From Selaginella moellendorffii (lineage: Eukaryota; Plantae; Lycopodiophyta): a stretch of DNA of 64,000 bases. This document shows, in pieces, positions 1 through 11,099 of this stretch. The stretch covers positions 88,407-152,406 of the forward strand of contig NW_003314283.1 of the NCBI RefSeq assembly GCF_000143415.4, written 5' to 3'. The notes beneath the pieces were generated by a model. The model was not told where the DNA came from and made no database searches. It saw only the letters and a program-made list of their open reading frames with translations. A program made the translations under genes and the position numbers. The stretch's first letter is position 1. Every line of letters begins with the position of its first letter.

Positions 1-8
1 GAACTCTC

Positions 9-1985
9 TTGGAGAAAGTCCGGGAGATTCACAGGGACGTTTCTTCTTCTTCCAGGGATACTTTCGTCGCAAACACACTGATAGAGGCTTATGGAAGCTG
101 TGGAAGCTTGGAGGAGGCAGTGGTGGTTTTCGAGAGCATGGAAGAAGTGGACTTGGTTTCGTGGACTTCGATCATTGTCCAGTGCGTGGAGAATGGTAAA
201 TCCGGGAGAGGACTCGAGTTCTTCGACCGGATGGTGAAGAGTGGATTCGTTCCAGATGGTCGGACCTTGGTCGCCGTTCTCAAAGCTTGCGAAGGTGTTT
301 TAGAGGAAGAGCGAGGAGATGGAAAGCTGTCATCCGGCTGCTTGGGAAGAATCAGAGAAATTCACTCTCGAGCATCTTTGACATCCTCGGAGCTGGATCT
401 ATTCGTGGCGAACACACTCGTTGGAGCTTATGCCAGAGCTGGAAGCTTGGATGACGCTCGTGAAGTTTTTGACAAGATTATTCAGCGAGACCCAGTCTCG
501 TGGACTAAAATGCTCCTGGGATACGTCGACGCTGGCGAGCCTGAGCTCGCGCTAGAATTATACTCACGCATGAGAAGCGAAGGATCTACTTTACCGAGCG
601 AAGTGACTGTCGTGGCTGCGCTCAAGGCGTGCTCGAGCTTGGCTCACGACGAGCAAGCGACGATAGTCGATGGAAAACTTGTGAAGATCAAGTCTTTGGA
701 GAAAGGGATGGCTGTTCATGCAGATCAAGGTGGTTTTCTCGGACGGGACACTGTGATGGCGAACAGCTTGGTGGACTTTTACTCCAGATGCAAGGAGGTG
801 GAGCTTGCTCGTCGGGTCTTTGATGGGATCCAGCACCGGACTACTGTGTCCTGGAACTCCATGATGATGGGATGCGTCGAGAATGACGAGCCAGAGGTGG
901 CTCTGGAGCTCTATGCTTCCATGCATAACGAAGAAGAAGGACGACCAAACAAAGTTAGTGTGCTCGCGGCACTCAAGGCGTGTGGGAACTTAGCTGCTCG
1001 AGAACAGGATCAAGAACACAGGAAAAAACACCTAGAGAAAGTCGCAGCGATTCACTCACAAGCTCTAAGATCCGAGATCGAGATCGACACTCACCTGGGA
1101 AGCAGCTTGGTGGATGCCTATGCGAGGTGTGGAAGCCTGATCGATGCTCGCTCCGTTTTCCAGCAGATGAAAACTCACGACACCATCGCGTGGAACTCTC
1201 TCATCCTTGCTTACGTCGATTCCGGCGACGCCGAGCTTGGGCTAAAGTCATATCTGGAGATGAAGAAGCAAAGCTGCTGCTCGCCAGATCGAGTAACGTA
1301 TCTCGCGGCTCTCAAAGCTTGCGGAAACTTAGCAGCGCTGGAAACCGGGAGGATGATCCACAAAGAACTCCACGCCGAGAAGCTGGACTGCGAGACGAAG
1401 GTGGTGAACGCGCTGGTGGACTTCTACGGCAAGTGTGGGAGTTTAGTCGAGGCCCAGCAGGTTTTCGACGAGTTTCCAGCGGGATCCAGGAACTTGGTAA
1501 CTTGGAACTCGCTGATGGCGGCTTATGGCAACGCTGGAGAGGTGTGGAGGGTTCTCAAGCTCCTGGAGACGATGATCCAGCACAGGGAAGAGCCCGACTC
1601 GGTAACTTTTATGGTGGTTCTCAGCGCTTGCAACCATGCGGGACTGGTGGAGCAAGGCCAGAACCTCTTCGAGGCTATGAGCTCCGAGTTTGGGATCTGG
1701 CCTTCGATCGAGCACTGCTGCTGCGTGGTCGATCTCCTCTGTCGAGCCAACAGGATCGAAGAGGCAGTGATGCTGGTGACGGAGAGAAGCTCGAGTTTTT
1801 GCTCGCCGTCGTCGGCCAAGCTCTGGATGGCGATCCTCTGCGCTTGCTACAAGGCGAGCAGCAATGTGGAATTTGCGAGGATTGCTTTCAAGGCTGTAGT
1901 GGAACTGGATGAGAAAGTGGCGGGGGCTTATGTTCTCATGGCAAGCATGGAAGAAATGGAAGAACTCAAAACTTCCCGCCTGTGA
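9..1985 (+). CDS. PLS-class pentatricopeptide repeat (PPR) protein, probably 5'-truncated by the window edge
   Basis: 658-aa intronless ORF with recurring PPR motifs (VANTLIEAYGSCGSLEEA, VSWNSMMMG, PDRVTYLAALKAC, NALVDFYGKCGSLVEAQQVF) and a C-terminal E-domain-like tail (EHCCCVVDLLCRA...WMAILCAC...AYVLMA). No DYW domain. The frame is open to the window start. Confidence 0.93.
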   Translation: MEKVREIHRDVSSSSRDTFVANTLIEAYGSCGSLEEAVVVFESMEEVDLVSWTSIIVQCVENGKSGRGLEFFDRMVKSGFVPDGRTLVAVLKACEGVLEEERGDGKLSSGCLGRIREIHSRASLTSSELDLFVANTLVGAYARAGSLDDAREVFDKIIQRDPVSWTKMLLGYVDAGEPELALELYSRMRSEGSTLPSEVTVVAALKACSSLAHDEQATIVDGKLVKIKSLEKGMAVHADQGGFLGRDTVMANSLVDFYSRCKEVELARRVFDGIQHRTTVSWNSMMMGCVENDEPEVALELYASMHNEEEGRPNKVSVLAALKACGNLAAREQDQEHRKKHLEKVAAIHSQALRSEIEIDTHLGSSLVDAYARCGSLIDARSVFQQMKTHDTIAWNSLILAYVDSGDAELGLKSYLEMKKQSCCSPDRVTYLAALKACGNLAALETGRMIHKELHAEKLDCETKVVNALVDFYGKCGSLVEAQQVFDEFPAGSRNLVTWNSLMAAYGNAGEVWRVLKLLETMIQHREEPDSVTFMVVLSACNHAGLVEQGQNLFEAMSSEFGIWPSIEHCCCVVDLLCRANRIEEAVMLVTERSSSFCSPSSAKLWMAILCACYKASSNVEFARIAFKAVVELDEKVAGAYVLMASMEEMEELKTSRL

Positions 1986-2199
1986 TTTGATTATTGTTGC
2001 GAATATGCGCTTAGGGTTTTTGGGTGGTGGAGGCAGTTTCTATTGTTCATCCTTCCTAGCTATTTGATGGCGACTGGAACAAAGTGATAAGAACATGATT
2101 TAAATATGGATAGTTAACTGATTAATTCTGAGACAGGTTGCATCTCCAACAAATTGATGAAGTTGTTTTTATGACCACTTGTGCAACTGTGGAAATGTC

Positions 2200-2480
2200 A
2201 ATGGCAAACCTGTTGCTCAGCAACTTAAGTTACTCAAGTTGAAATCCTCAGCAGATCCTGTTCAACCAACATGATGTAAATAACTAAACTGGCAATCTAC
2301 AAAGTCATATGTTTGTGGATCCAAAACAAAAAGAGCGTGAACAACAAGCACAAATTATAATAGTAATTTAATAATAAAAAAGATTATAGTTTAAATGTAA
2401 TTTATGGTTAATATGATTCTTCATTTAAAGTGCAATATTTGTAGAATTAATTTTTATGATGCTATCTGACTTATTAATTT
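2200..2480. repeat. Dispersed duplicated non-coding segment (copy at ~36440-36700)
   Basis: Shared strings gaaatcctcagcagatcc, caacatgatgtaaataactaaactggca and tttaaagtgcaat occur in the same order at both loci. Confidence 0.8.
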
Positions 2481-2489
2481 ATTAAAAAT

Positions 2490-2740
2490 AATTTGCTATG
2501 TATTGCATGTAGCAACACTTTTTTTTTTAATAGTAGTGTTATTCCTATTTATTAATCCAATTGATCAAATGGAAGTTTATATTATAAACATGTTAATAAT
2601 TTATAAAAACAAAAAAATCTTATGTATAATAAACTAGAATATACTAGGAAGTGTTTAAGTTTATAAATTATAAACATGTTTATAGATTATAAATACAACC
2701 ATTAAATGGTATAATTCTAGAATATCCAAATATATTCTAT
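2490..2740. repeat. AT-rich dispersed repeat (copy at ~7755-8000)
   Basis: Shared ttgcatgt...gtgttattc...ttattaatccaa...tataattataaacatgtt...caaccatta(a/g)atggta at both sites. Confidence 0.65.
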
Positions 2741-2864
2741 GTATATTCTTAATCGAACCAAAAAATGTATAATCTATTTTACCATTAAAGCTGCTCACAT
2801 TCCGCCCATTATAAAAATTGAGTTTTCTCCGGTACCTATCCCAAAGTTGATTTGCAATGCGACC

Positions 2865-3680
2865 ATGGAAACGATGCTTGGGGCCTTCGGTTCATTGAAG
2901 GAGATTGGTGAGATTGTGGGGAGTTTCGGTTTCAGTAATGTGAAGTGGAACCTGTTTTGTCTGAAGCAGTGCTTAATTTCGTTCCTTATGCAAAGCTGCA
3001 GATTGATGTGCGTTCCGAGAGTGCCGAGGATTACCTCCACACAAACCTGGCACCGTCATTTGGGGGCCTGAATGCAGAAACAGTGAAGAAGACGGATGAG
3101 GTTCTCAAGGTTTTCGTCTCGGGAACCACCGTTCTCGCCAAAGTGCCACCGAAAGAACGAACTTGGGAGAAGGTCAACTCCATGTTCATGCAAAACCCCC
3201 TGGTTGAGCCAATGGGTGACAGGGTTAGCAGAGCTGACAAGTTTATCAACAAAAGCTCTAATGATTTTAAGTTCGACGGGTCACCGGATTCGGCCATTGT
3301 TAGAGCGGTAAATTCTGTGGCATTATGTATTATAGCAGCAGAGCTCTACTAGCCTTTTGGGCCTTCTCTCCCCACAGGGTTTGTGAATTTCATTCCAGTT
3401 CAGGACGTCCTGGAATCAACCAAGATCAACATTGAAGTTCTTGGGCGGCCGACCATTAACAGCTTTGAAACTTTATTTGCCAAGCATGAGTATCACGAGA
3501 AGACCATGGCTGACATTGGGGCGCTAAGGTACCCTGATATGCTCAACCCGTACTTCAAGGTTTGTGTCAGGCTGCCTTTAGTATTTCAGTCAACTCATAT
3601 TTTGAGCACAGGTGTACCACATTAAACTCTTTGCCTGGTCTGATAGCAATTGTATTCTGTTGATTCCAATGGCAAGGTGA
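2865..3680 (+). pseudogene. Pseudogene of an uncharacterised ~270-aa protein family (motifs FKFDGSPD, HEKTxxDIGxLRxPD, YFKVYxIKLxAWS)
   Basis: ATG at 2865; frameshift near 2940; GT-AG introns 3308-3377 and ~3560-3611; out-of-frame junction after intron 1; C-terminus truncated after VYHIKLFAWSDSN. The family resemblance is from memory of fungal hypothetical proteins, not from a search. Confidence 0.6.
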
Positions 3681-3929
3681 ACTAAAAAAGAAGGCTATGA
3701 TAACATATTTGGTTTCTGCTACCCCCTAAAAATAACAGTTGTTTTTCTTTTTTCTACTGTTTTTCTTCAGTTTACAGTTTCATGAATTTTTATCTTACTA
3801 ATACCAAACTATATGTTGATACTGAAGATTTAAGATCTCTAAAAGTGATTCTTAATGTTTCTCAGTTACTATAACGCTAACATATTATCAGTAGATCATA
3901 GAGCAGTTATTTATCCCAAAGGTAGGTGG

Positions 3930-4180
3930 CAAACTAGCTCATGGAACCTGGATGCAAACTCGGGATCGTCAGGCAGCGGCGCCTTGAAATCCATCAAGAT
4001 CTACAAGAATCTCTGCCATTTCCATCGTTCTTGTGGATGCATCAGCGCGATATCTCACAACAGGGGCAAGAATCTGGCTGATTGGTGGAGTAGTGTACAC
4101 AGCATGGCCACACGCTTCTCTTCCAATCAATGCATCAGCGAGCTCTGGTGTGGAATGCCATGATCCAAACATTGAATCGG
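3930..4180 (+). pseudogene. Degraded PPR gene fragment
   Basis: Frame-shifted PPR-like strings (LFQSMHQRALVWNAMI; FIVLVDASARYLTTGARI). Confidence 0.4.
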
Positions 4181-4189
4181 CCCAGCAGT

Positions 4190-4932
4190 GTCCAGATAGC
4201 ATATTGTTGCTAAGAACCACCAAGTAATCTCTATATATAACACCTGGAAGATTGTTGTGACTGAAATGCAATGTCTCAAGCTCACGGCACTCGCCAATTG
4301 TTGCTAGTATCCTGCCTCAAGATTGTTACCCCAAAGGATGATGTTGAAGCTTTGAAAGTCTGTCCCATATATCCACTGGAGGTGACCCCGTCACAAAATT
4401 GATACGCAGATCGAGCATTTCTAAGTTACCACAGTTCATGGCTAAGTTTAAAACAGGACCACGCAACCTGTTGTATAAAGACTGAAGTCTGGAATTTGAA
4501 AGACGTCTGCGTTGCTACTGTTGAACATGTTGCAGCTCAAGTCTGTAAAACTGTTGTTAGAACCTCTACTTAAAAACTTCAGGTAAACTTTGATTGGCAA
4601 ATACTAAGAGAAATGGTCTAGATTAGTGCTTGTTTGACAAGTTGAGCACCTTCAAAGCATCACAATCCTTGCAAACAACTGTTCCAGAAATGTTGTTAAG
4701 AGAGACGTCCAACTCCTGCAGACTCGTGCAATGCTCAATCCAAAGTTGATAAGAAATTGGACGAAACATCATTGAGAACATTCTCTGTCATATTATTTGA
4801 AGCCACTGAAAGCTCTAGTAGAGTCACAAAACATATCTTGAGGGATGCTTCAACCTCTAAAGCTCCAGCATCTGCATGATCATGAAAGACAAGTCTGACA
4901 AGAAGTAGGACAATAAAAGTAGCATGGATCCA
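4190..4932 (-). pseudogene. Truncated, deleted paralog of the LRR-RLP at 8856-11099
   Basis: Nucleotide matches such as tccagatagcatattgttg (cf. ~9768), cctcaagattgttaccccaaaggat (cf. ~9915), gagcaccttcaaagcatcacaatcctt (cf. ~10311) and catggatccatt (start region, cf. ~11090). Multiple deletions and frameshifts. Upstream similarity continues to ~5090. Confidence 0.88.
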
Positions 4933-5876
4933 TTAGAAATTAGAATGCAACCGCAAGAATAAATGCTAACAGATTGTTCAAGTCCGTCTACACTGCAGGG
5001 AAGTTCTTTCGAAAACCAATCATGTCACTGGACTCACGGAAGTGAAGATCTGGAGAATATATGGCACACATGACTTTGACCTTGAAATAGGCAAAGTGAG
5101 TCCTGACAGCACAAGACTTCTTTCTTCCCCTATAGGAGGAAATCCTCATTTCGGGACCACGAGCTCAGGAGTGTATGGCTAGGTGACTTTGACCAGCTGG
5201 ATCCAGAGTCGAAAACATTGGGAACCAAATCATAACACTAAATGAAGAAATTTGAGACTAATTTCAGCTTCACATTCTGAACAGCAAATCTGAATCGTCA
5301 CCGCCAGCTGCAAACTCAAAATGTGAACAGAGAAAAGTCATACTTGCCTGCGTAACTTCAATAATGAGAACTAGCATCTGTTACCTCTTTCAATGCTGAC
5401 TGCATTGAAAGTCTACCAACATGCTTTTCAAGCGTCAATTTAAGACAAGATACAGCTACATTTACCTTCTGCTTGGCTCCATCGGTCAGCTTTCATTTTG
5501 ATAAGTAGCAACATCGCAATTCCAAGGTCAACTTTATTTACCTTCCATAACATTTGGTCCTTGCAACATGTAGTTCACCTTGAGAATTCGGACTAGAGGT
5601 CTTTCATTGGAGAGCATGCAACGCCAGTGGTCATGGTAGAAGTATGTTTTTGCAACAGTGACCTTTGTCAATGAAGTAGCCACATTTCGAGGAACAAGCT
5701 TGCAGAAATAAAAAAGAATCTAGTGAGATCCATGATTGGCAAATCCACAGGTCGATTGGTGGAGCAGGGTGCTCTCTTTCTCTCCAGCTCCTAGGAAGAA
5801 AAATTGTTTTCCCGCCCATGAATTTTAAAAGTAGAGATTATTCTTGCGAAGATGCGTTTAGGGCTCTTGGGAGGAG

Positions 5877-7187
5877 ATGGGTGCTGTGGAGCACAGGGCA
5901 TACGCGCGCATTGGCCTGCTGGGGAATCCGAGCGATGGCTACTACGGCCGCACAATTGCGCTCGCGATCTCGAATTTCTGGGCGACGGTGTCGCTCCAGC
6001 CGTCGGATTTGCTCGCGCTCGTGCCGCATTCCCACCACGATCTCTGCCGCTTCAGCTCCATCCAGGATCTGGTGAGTGGGGATCGCGTCTGAGCTCCAAT
6101 GTCAGGATTGATTGGAAAATATTTGCAGGTGGGGAGAGTCCAGAGCGAGGGATATTACGGTGGTGTCCGGCTTCTCACCGCCGCTTGCAAGACATTCCAT
6201 AGCTATTGCTCGTCTCATGGAATTGATCTACACGATGGAAATTTCACTCTTTCCTATGATACCAACATTCCTCGTCAGGTGCTAAAATTCTAGAACTTTT
6301 TGTTTTTTTTTATCTTCTCGAGCTCTATCACTTTGTGTTGCTAGGCAGGCTTATCTGGATCTAGTGCTCTTGTGTGCGCTACCATGAATTGCCTCATGGA
6401 TTTTTACAACGTCCGCGATCGCATCCCAGTAGAGGACCGACCGAAAATTGTTCTCAGTGCCGAAGTCGAGCTCGGGATCACGGCTGGTTTGCAAGACAGA
6501 GTAGCACAAGTCTATGGAGGCCTAGTTTATATGGTTAGTGGCTCTCACTTTTTTATCCTCTCTCTTGTGAAGTTTATAGAGCAACTTTGGTTCAGGACTT
6601 TGACGAGGAACACATGCTGAGAACTGGGAATGGGATTTACAAGCGAATGGATCCTCAACTCCTGCCTCCACTGTACGTAATCTACGCACAAAACCCGAGC
6701 GACTCTGGCAAAGTTCGTTTTTTGGAAAGCATCCACGCGGTTGCTAATGATTTTCTTCCGTTGCTGTAGGTCCATAGCACGGTGAAGCAGCGATGGCTGG
6801 ATGGCGATCTGACCGTGAGAACAAAGATGAGGGAAGTAGCGGAGCTGGCTCTCCGAGGCAAACAGGCTTTGCTGGAAGGAAATCACTCGTTGCTGGCCGA
6901 GCTTATGGATCGCAACTTTGACCTGCGAAGGTAATGAGAATTGTTTCGAGGTGTCAACCAAAGTAACTCCTTTCACCAGAGAAATGTTTGGGGACGATGC
7001 GCTTGGAGCTCTGAATATCCAGATGGTTGAGACGGCACGAAGCGTCGGAGCGGCATGCAAATTCACTGGCAGCGGCGGAGCAGTAGTGGCGTTTTGTCCT
7101 GAAGGATCTGTCCAAGCTCAAAAGCTCCAAGAAGCTTGCAGCGCTTCTGGGCTTTCTATAGAGCTTGTGCAAGTTGCGGCGAGGTGA
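5877..7187 (+). CDS. GLCAK: Glucuronokinase (GHMP kinase family), 6 exons: 5877-6071, 6129-6278, 6345-6533, 6596-6712, 6770-6930, 6980-7187
   Basis: [79 protein letters not shown]. All introns are GT-AG and the frame is preserved by manual splicing. Confidence 0.95.
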
Positions 7188-7434
7188 CTCCAGAATGCTG
7201 GACTTATTTGAATACAAATGGCAGGGGCTCTTGTGATTTTCAAGTATCCCGTGCAAAGCTTTAACATGCTCATTGATTAAACTTTATAAACCATAGTGCA
7301 TATGTGCAAGAAGAAGGTTGAAGATTGGAGATGAGTGGAGAGTGAGTGTGAGGGAGAGGCAAAGTAGATTAGGGTCCATTAGATTGCCACTCCATTGTCG
7401 TCACCTCAATTCTCTTATCAATCAGGAGTGATGC

Positions 7435-7660
7435 TCAGTAGTATTTCCCTATGAAGGCACCGATGTATTCAAAAGACCAGTTTGCCCAGCTCTCATCTTC
7501 TTGTTTGTTACATGACGTGAGACTATGCTCTGGAATGCAGATTGTAAGCTGAGATATGTTCTTCCCAATGTGGAAGAAAGCACTACCTTCTAGATGAGTT
7601 TGGAACACTGGGCATGTGCCAAGAACATGAATTAGAATAAGATCAGTGAGAAGATTCATA
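7435..7660 (-). pseudogene. Fragment of the F-box gene family seen at 34618-35936
   Basis: QEDESWANWSFEYIGAFIGKYY versus QEDESWANWSFGYIGAFMYKGKCYW in the intact gene. Confidence 0.8.
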
Positions 7661-8855
7661 GGTTAAATTATCCTTAATCACTTTTACAAGATTTGAGGAA
7701 TAAAGTGAAATTTTTTTCATTCCATATAAAGTAAAAAACTCTTTAAAATGATTACGTTGTATGTTGCATGTATAGCAGTGTTATTCTTACTTATTAATCC
7801 AAAATAAAATGTTATAATTATAAACATGTTTATAATATATAAACACAAGATTAATCTTATTGCATATCGACCATTAGATGGTAGAATAAAAAATAATATA
7901 CTAGAAAGTAATTAATAAAGTCTATAAATTATATATACAAGATTAATCTAAATGAATAACAACCATTAGATGGTAGAAATCTAAGAATATTCTAGGTATA
8001 TCCACTACCATCTTCTTACAGGTTTGCTTAAGCAAACCAAAAAGTATGAAAAAAACTAATACATCAAAATGGATTACTCAAAAGGTTAAAATATATATCT
8101 TTGGGTAATTGCTTTATCTGTAATATCACAATTTTGTAAAAGCTAATGTCAAACATCTATTTCCATAGGCATGTTCTTGCACAAACTTCCACTCATTGGT
8201 GACCACTAAAGTCATTGAGTCAGTGTGTTCCATAGCATCCCACGAAGCACAAACCTAATGGTCCCAATGGAAGACTACATCACAACCATAGCTCGTTGTG
8301 ATTCTTTAACTTCATGCAAAAGTCATAATGTGATGATACTTCTGAAGAGCATCAAGATGAATCCTAAGTACAAAAGTAACCTGATTATGTGTTATAGAGG
8401 CAGTGACTAAACTACTAACACTCCCACTCAGTCTGGGATTGGACTCACTGCCTGGGTGCTGCACAGTCTCCAGTAGCTGGATCTACATATAGGCTGCATA
8501 TTTCCACTAGAGTACCTCCATTAGCTGGATAACTGAAAACTCCATTGTCTAGATTTATTTTTTGGGCAAGAGTTAAAGGTTGTTGTGATCAGCAATAAAC
8601 TTTTTAGGAGCCAACACCTTTATGGGCAAATCAATTAGCTGCTCATAAGTGGTGCAAAACTGGAGAACAATCATGTATTGTGATATTAAGGTTAAATATG
8701 CTTCATCCTACCATGAAACTTAGTAGTCTTGGTCAGAGAAATAGTGGTGATATTACCACAGTAAAGCAGAGTCAGGAAAAGCCAAGTGTAGCCATACTAC
8801 CCAAAACATTAAGTCATATTCAAGGTATATCCACTACTATATCAATTGCCAATGG

Positions 8856-11099
8856 TTACATAATTTCAAACCGTTTAAGTATTCTCTCCCATCTCTTGTT
8901 GAAAAAAACTGCACAGCTCCATGCAAGGAATGAAACAACAGCAGCAACAATACCAGCTAACATACTTACATCTTCATCATCATCCTTGTCACCAGAATGA
9001 TTGTCTAAATTATAATCATTACCATGACATTCTGCAAGCGGGATGCCACATAGTCCTGGATTTCCTTCGTAGCTGCTCGCAGGGAAAGTTGGAAGCTGCC
9101 CACTCTGTGGAATCCCACCAAGAAGCCTGTTGTGTGAGATGTTGAAGTATTTCAGAAAGGTGAGGTTTGTGAGCGAGCCCGGGATGTGTGATTCGAGCTG
9201 GTTGTATGAGAGATCTAGCCACTCCAGTTGCTTGAGATTGCCAACTGTGGAGGGAACAGCCCCTGTGAGTAAGTTGTGCGCAAGATTCAGCGAATATAAA
9301 TTTTGCATAGCACCAAACTCTGCTGGGATTGTTCCTGTGAAGCTGTTGAACGAGAGATCAATACACCAAGGGCTGAGTCCCTGAGTAGTACTTGGTATTA
9401 AAGAAATGTTGAAACCGGGAGGTGATAGGAAGTACCAAGTCTGGCATCTGGTTGCAATCGGAAGCTGCTGGAACTCATGGAAACGGATTCCTTGCAGTAT
9501 AAACATCTCATTGTAACCTTTGCAGATGGATGGCTGTACGTTGAACAACAGTACCATCAAATAGGGGTACTTCATATCATACTGGTCTTCTTTAACGGAG
9601 CAGCCGATCCAGCTTGGGATTGGTCCCGCCAACTGGTTGTCGTTCACTGCAAGTTGAATTAAACTGTTGGTGTTCCTTAACTCGCCTGGTAGACCACCTT
9701 GAAGCTTGTTATGGCCTAGTAGAAGACCTTGAATGTTCTGCATCTTTGCAAGAGATGCCGGGATTTCTCCAGATAGCATATTGTTGTTAAGAACCAGCAA
9801 GGACAGATTCTTCAGGCGAGATATCTCCTCCGGTATAACACCTGTAAGATTGTTGTGACTGAGATGCAAGGTCACCAGCTCACTGCACTCGTCGATTGTC
9901 GCTGGTATCCTGCCTTCAAGATTGTTACCCCAAAGGATCAGATGTTGAAGCTTTGAAAGTCTGCTGCATATATTCCCTGGAAGCGACCCTGTCACAAAAT
10001 TGATACTCAGATCGAGCATCTTTAAATTGCTACAGTTCATGGCCAAGTTTAAAACCGGACCACGCAACCTGTTGTATACCAACACCAAAGACTGAAGTTT
10101 AGAATTTGAAAGGCAGATGTTCGTGTTGCTACTACTGAATTTGTTGCAGCTCAAGTCTAGAGCTTCAAGAGTTGGAGGAACTGTAGGTATTTCACCTGTA
10201 AAACTATTGTGGTCGGCTTGAAGAACCTCCAGGGACTTGAAAACCTGAGGTAAACTTCGATTGCCAAATACCGAGAGAAATGGTCCAGAGAATTGATTGT
10301 CTGACAGGTTGAGCACCTTCAAAGCATCACAATCCTTCCAAAAAACAGTTTCAGAAATATTGTTAAAAGAAACATCCAACTCCTGCAGACTGGTACACTG
10401 CTCAAGCCGAAAGGTTGTTATGAAGTTGGACGAAGCGTTAAGCTTCTGAAGTCTTCTGCAGTTTTTGGACATATTTTCAGGGATCCCTCCAACCAGCTGA
10501 TTGCTCGAGACATCTAGAAACTTCAAGCTCTTGCATGATAAAAAGAAAGAAGAAGGTATTGAACCACTTATTCTGTTGTAGGATAGGTCGACAGAAACCA
10601 TGGGGTTCCCAATCGATAATTTCACTGAAATTTTTCGTATCTTGTTGTGTGAGAGGTTCAAAATCCTGATGCCTTTGCATGTAACCAAACGAGAAAGAGT
10701 GTCGAGAAAATCCCCAGTGAAATGGTTCCCTGACAAGTCAAGGACCTCCAGAGAGCATTCTTGCGAGGAGGATACTTTGATCTCTGTGAAATTATTCCCA
10801 GAAACAGACAAGGTGCGTAGTTGAGGCAGGGCTTGGATTGTATAAAACGGAAGAGGGCCTGAAAGTGAGAGATAATTGAGCTGTATACCAGATATCTGGC
10901 CTGCTGAGGAACAATTGATACCAATCCATTGACAAACGTCTGATTCTCTGTTCCAGCTATTCAGTGACGACAGAGGATCATCCATAGATTTCTTAAAGCT
11001 CAAGAGTGCTTCAGTCTCTAAATCTGCAGCATCTGCATGACCATGAAAAACAAGCCTGATAGCAAGTAGGAAAACAGCAAGTAACCTCCATGGATCCAT
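8856..11099 (-). CDS. Leucine-rich repeat receptor-like protein (LRR-RLP)
   Basis: 747-aa intronless ORF: signal peptide, LRRNT (ALLSFK...SWN...CQWIGINC), plant LRRs (LxLSxNxLxGxIP), island-like region, C-terminal GNPGLCG cap, acidic juxtamembrane region, TM helix and a short cytoplasmic tail with no kinase domain. Confidence 0.95.
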   Translation of the reverse strand: MDPWRLLAVFLLAIRLVFHGHADAADLETEALLSFKKSMDDPLSSLNSWNRESDVCQWIGINCSSAGQISGIQLNYLSLSGPLPFYTIQALPQLRTLSVSGNNFTEIKVSSSQECSLEVLDLSGNHFTGDFLDTLSRLVTCKGIRILNLSHNKIRKISVKLSIGNPMVSVDLSYNRISGSIPSSFFLSCKSLKFLDVSSNQLVGGIPENMSKNCRRLQKLNASSNFITTFRLEQCTSLQELDVSFNNISETVFWKDCDALKVLNLSDNQFSGPFLSVFGNRSLPQVFKSLEVLQADHNSFTGEIPTVPPTLEALDLSCNKFSSSNTNICLSNSKLQSLVLVYNRLRGPVLNLAMNCSNLKMLDLSINFVTGSLPGNICSRLSKLQHLILWGNNLEGRIPATIDECSELVTLHLSHNNLTGVIPEEISRLKNLSLLVLNNNMLSGEIPASLAKMQNIQGLLLGHNKLQGGLPGELRNTNSLIQLAVNDNQLAGPIPSWIGCSVKEDQYDMKYPYLMVLLFNVQPSICKGYNEMFILQGIRFHEFQQLPIATRCQTWYFLSPPGFNISLIPSTTQGLSPWCIDLSFNSFTGTIPAEFGAMQNLYSLNLAHNLLTGAVPSTVGNLKQLEWLDLSYNQLESHIPGSLTNLTFLKYFNISHNRLLGGIPQSGQLPTFPASSYEGNPGLCGIPLAECHGNDYNLDNHSGDKDDDEDVSMLAGIVAAVVSFLAWSCAVFFNKRWERILKRFEIM

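Noticed and set aside
980-1912. 310-aa ORF in an alternative frame within the PPR gene
   Set aside because: Arg/Gly-rich shadow frame of a GC-rich CDS with no recognisable motifs.
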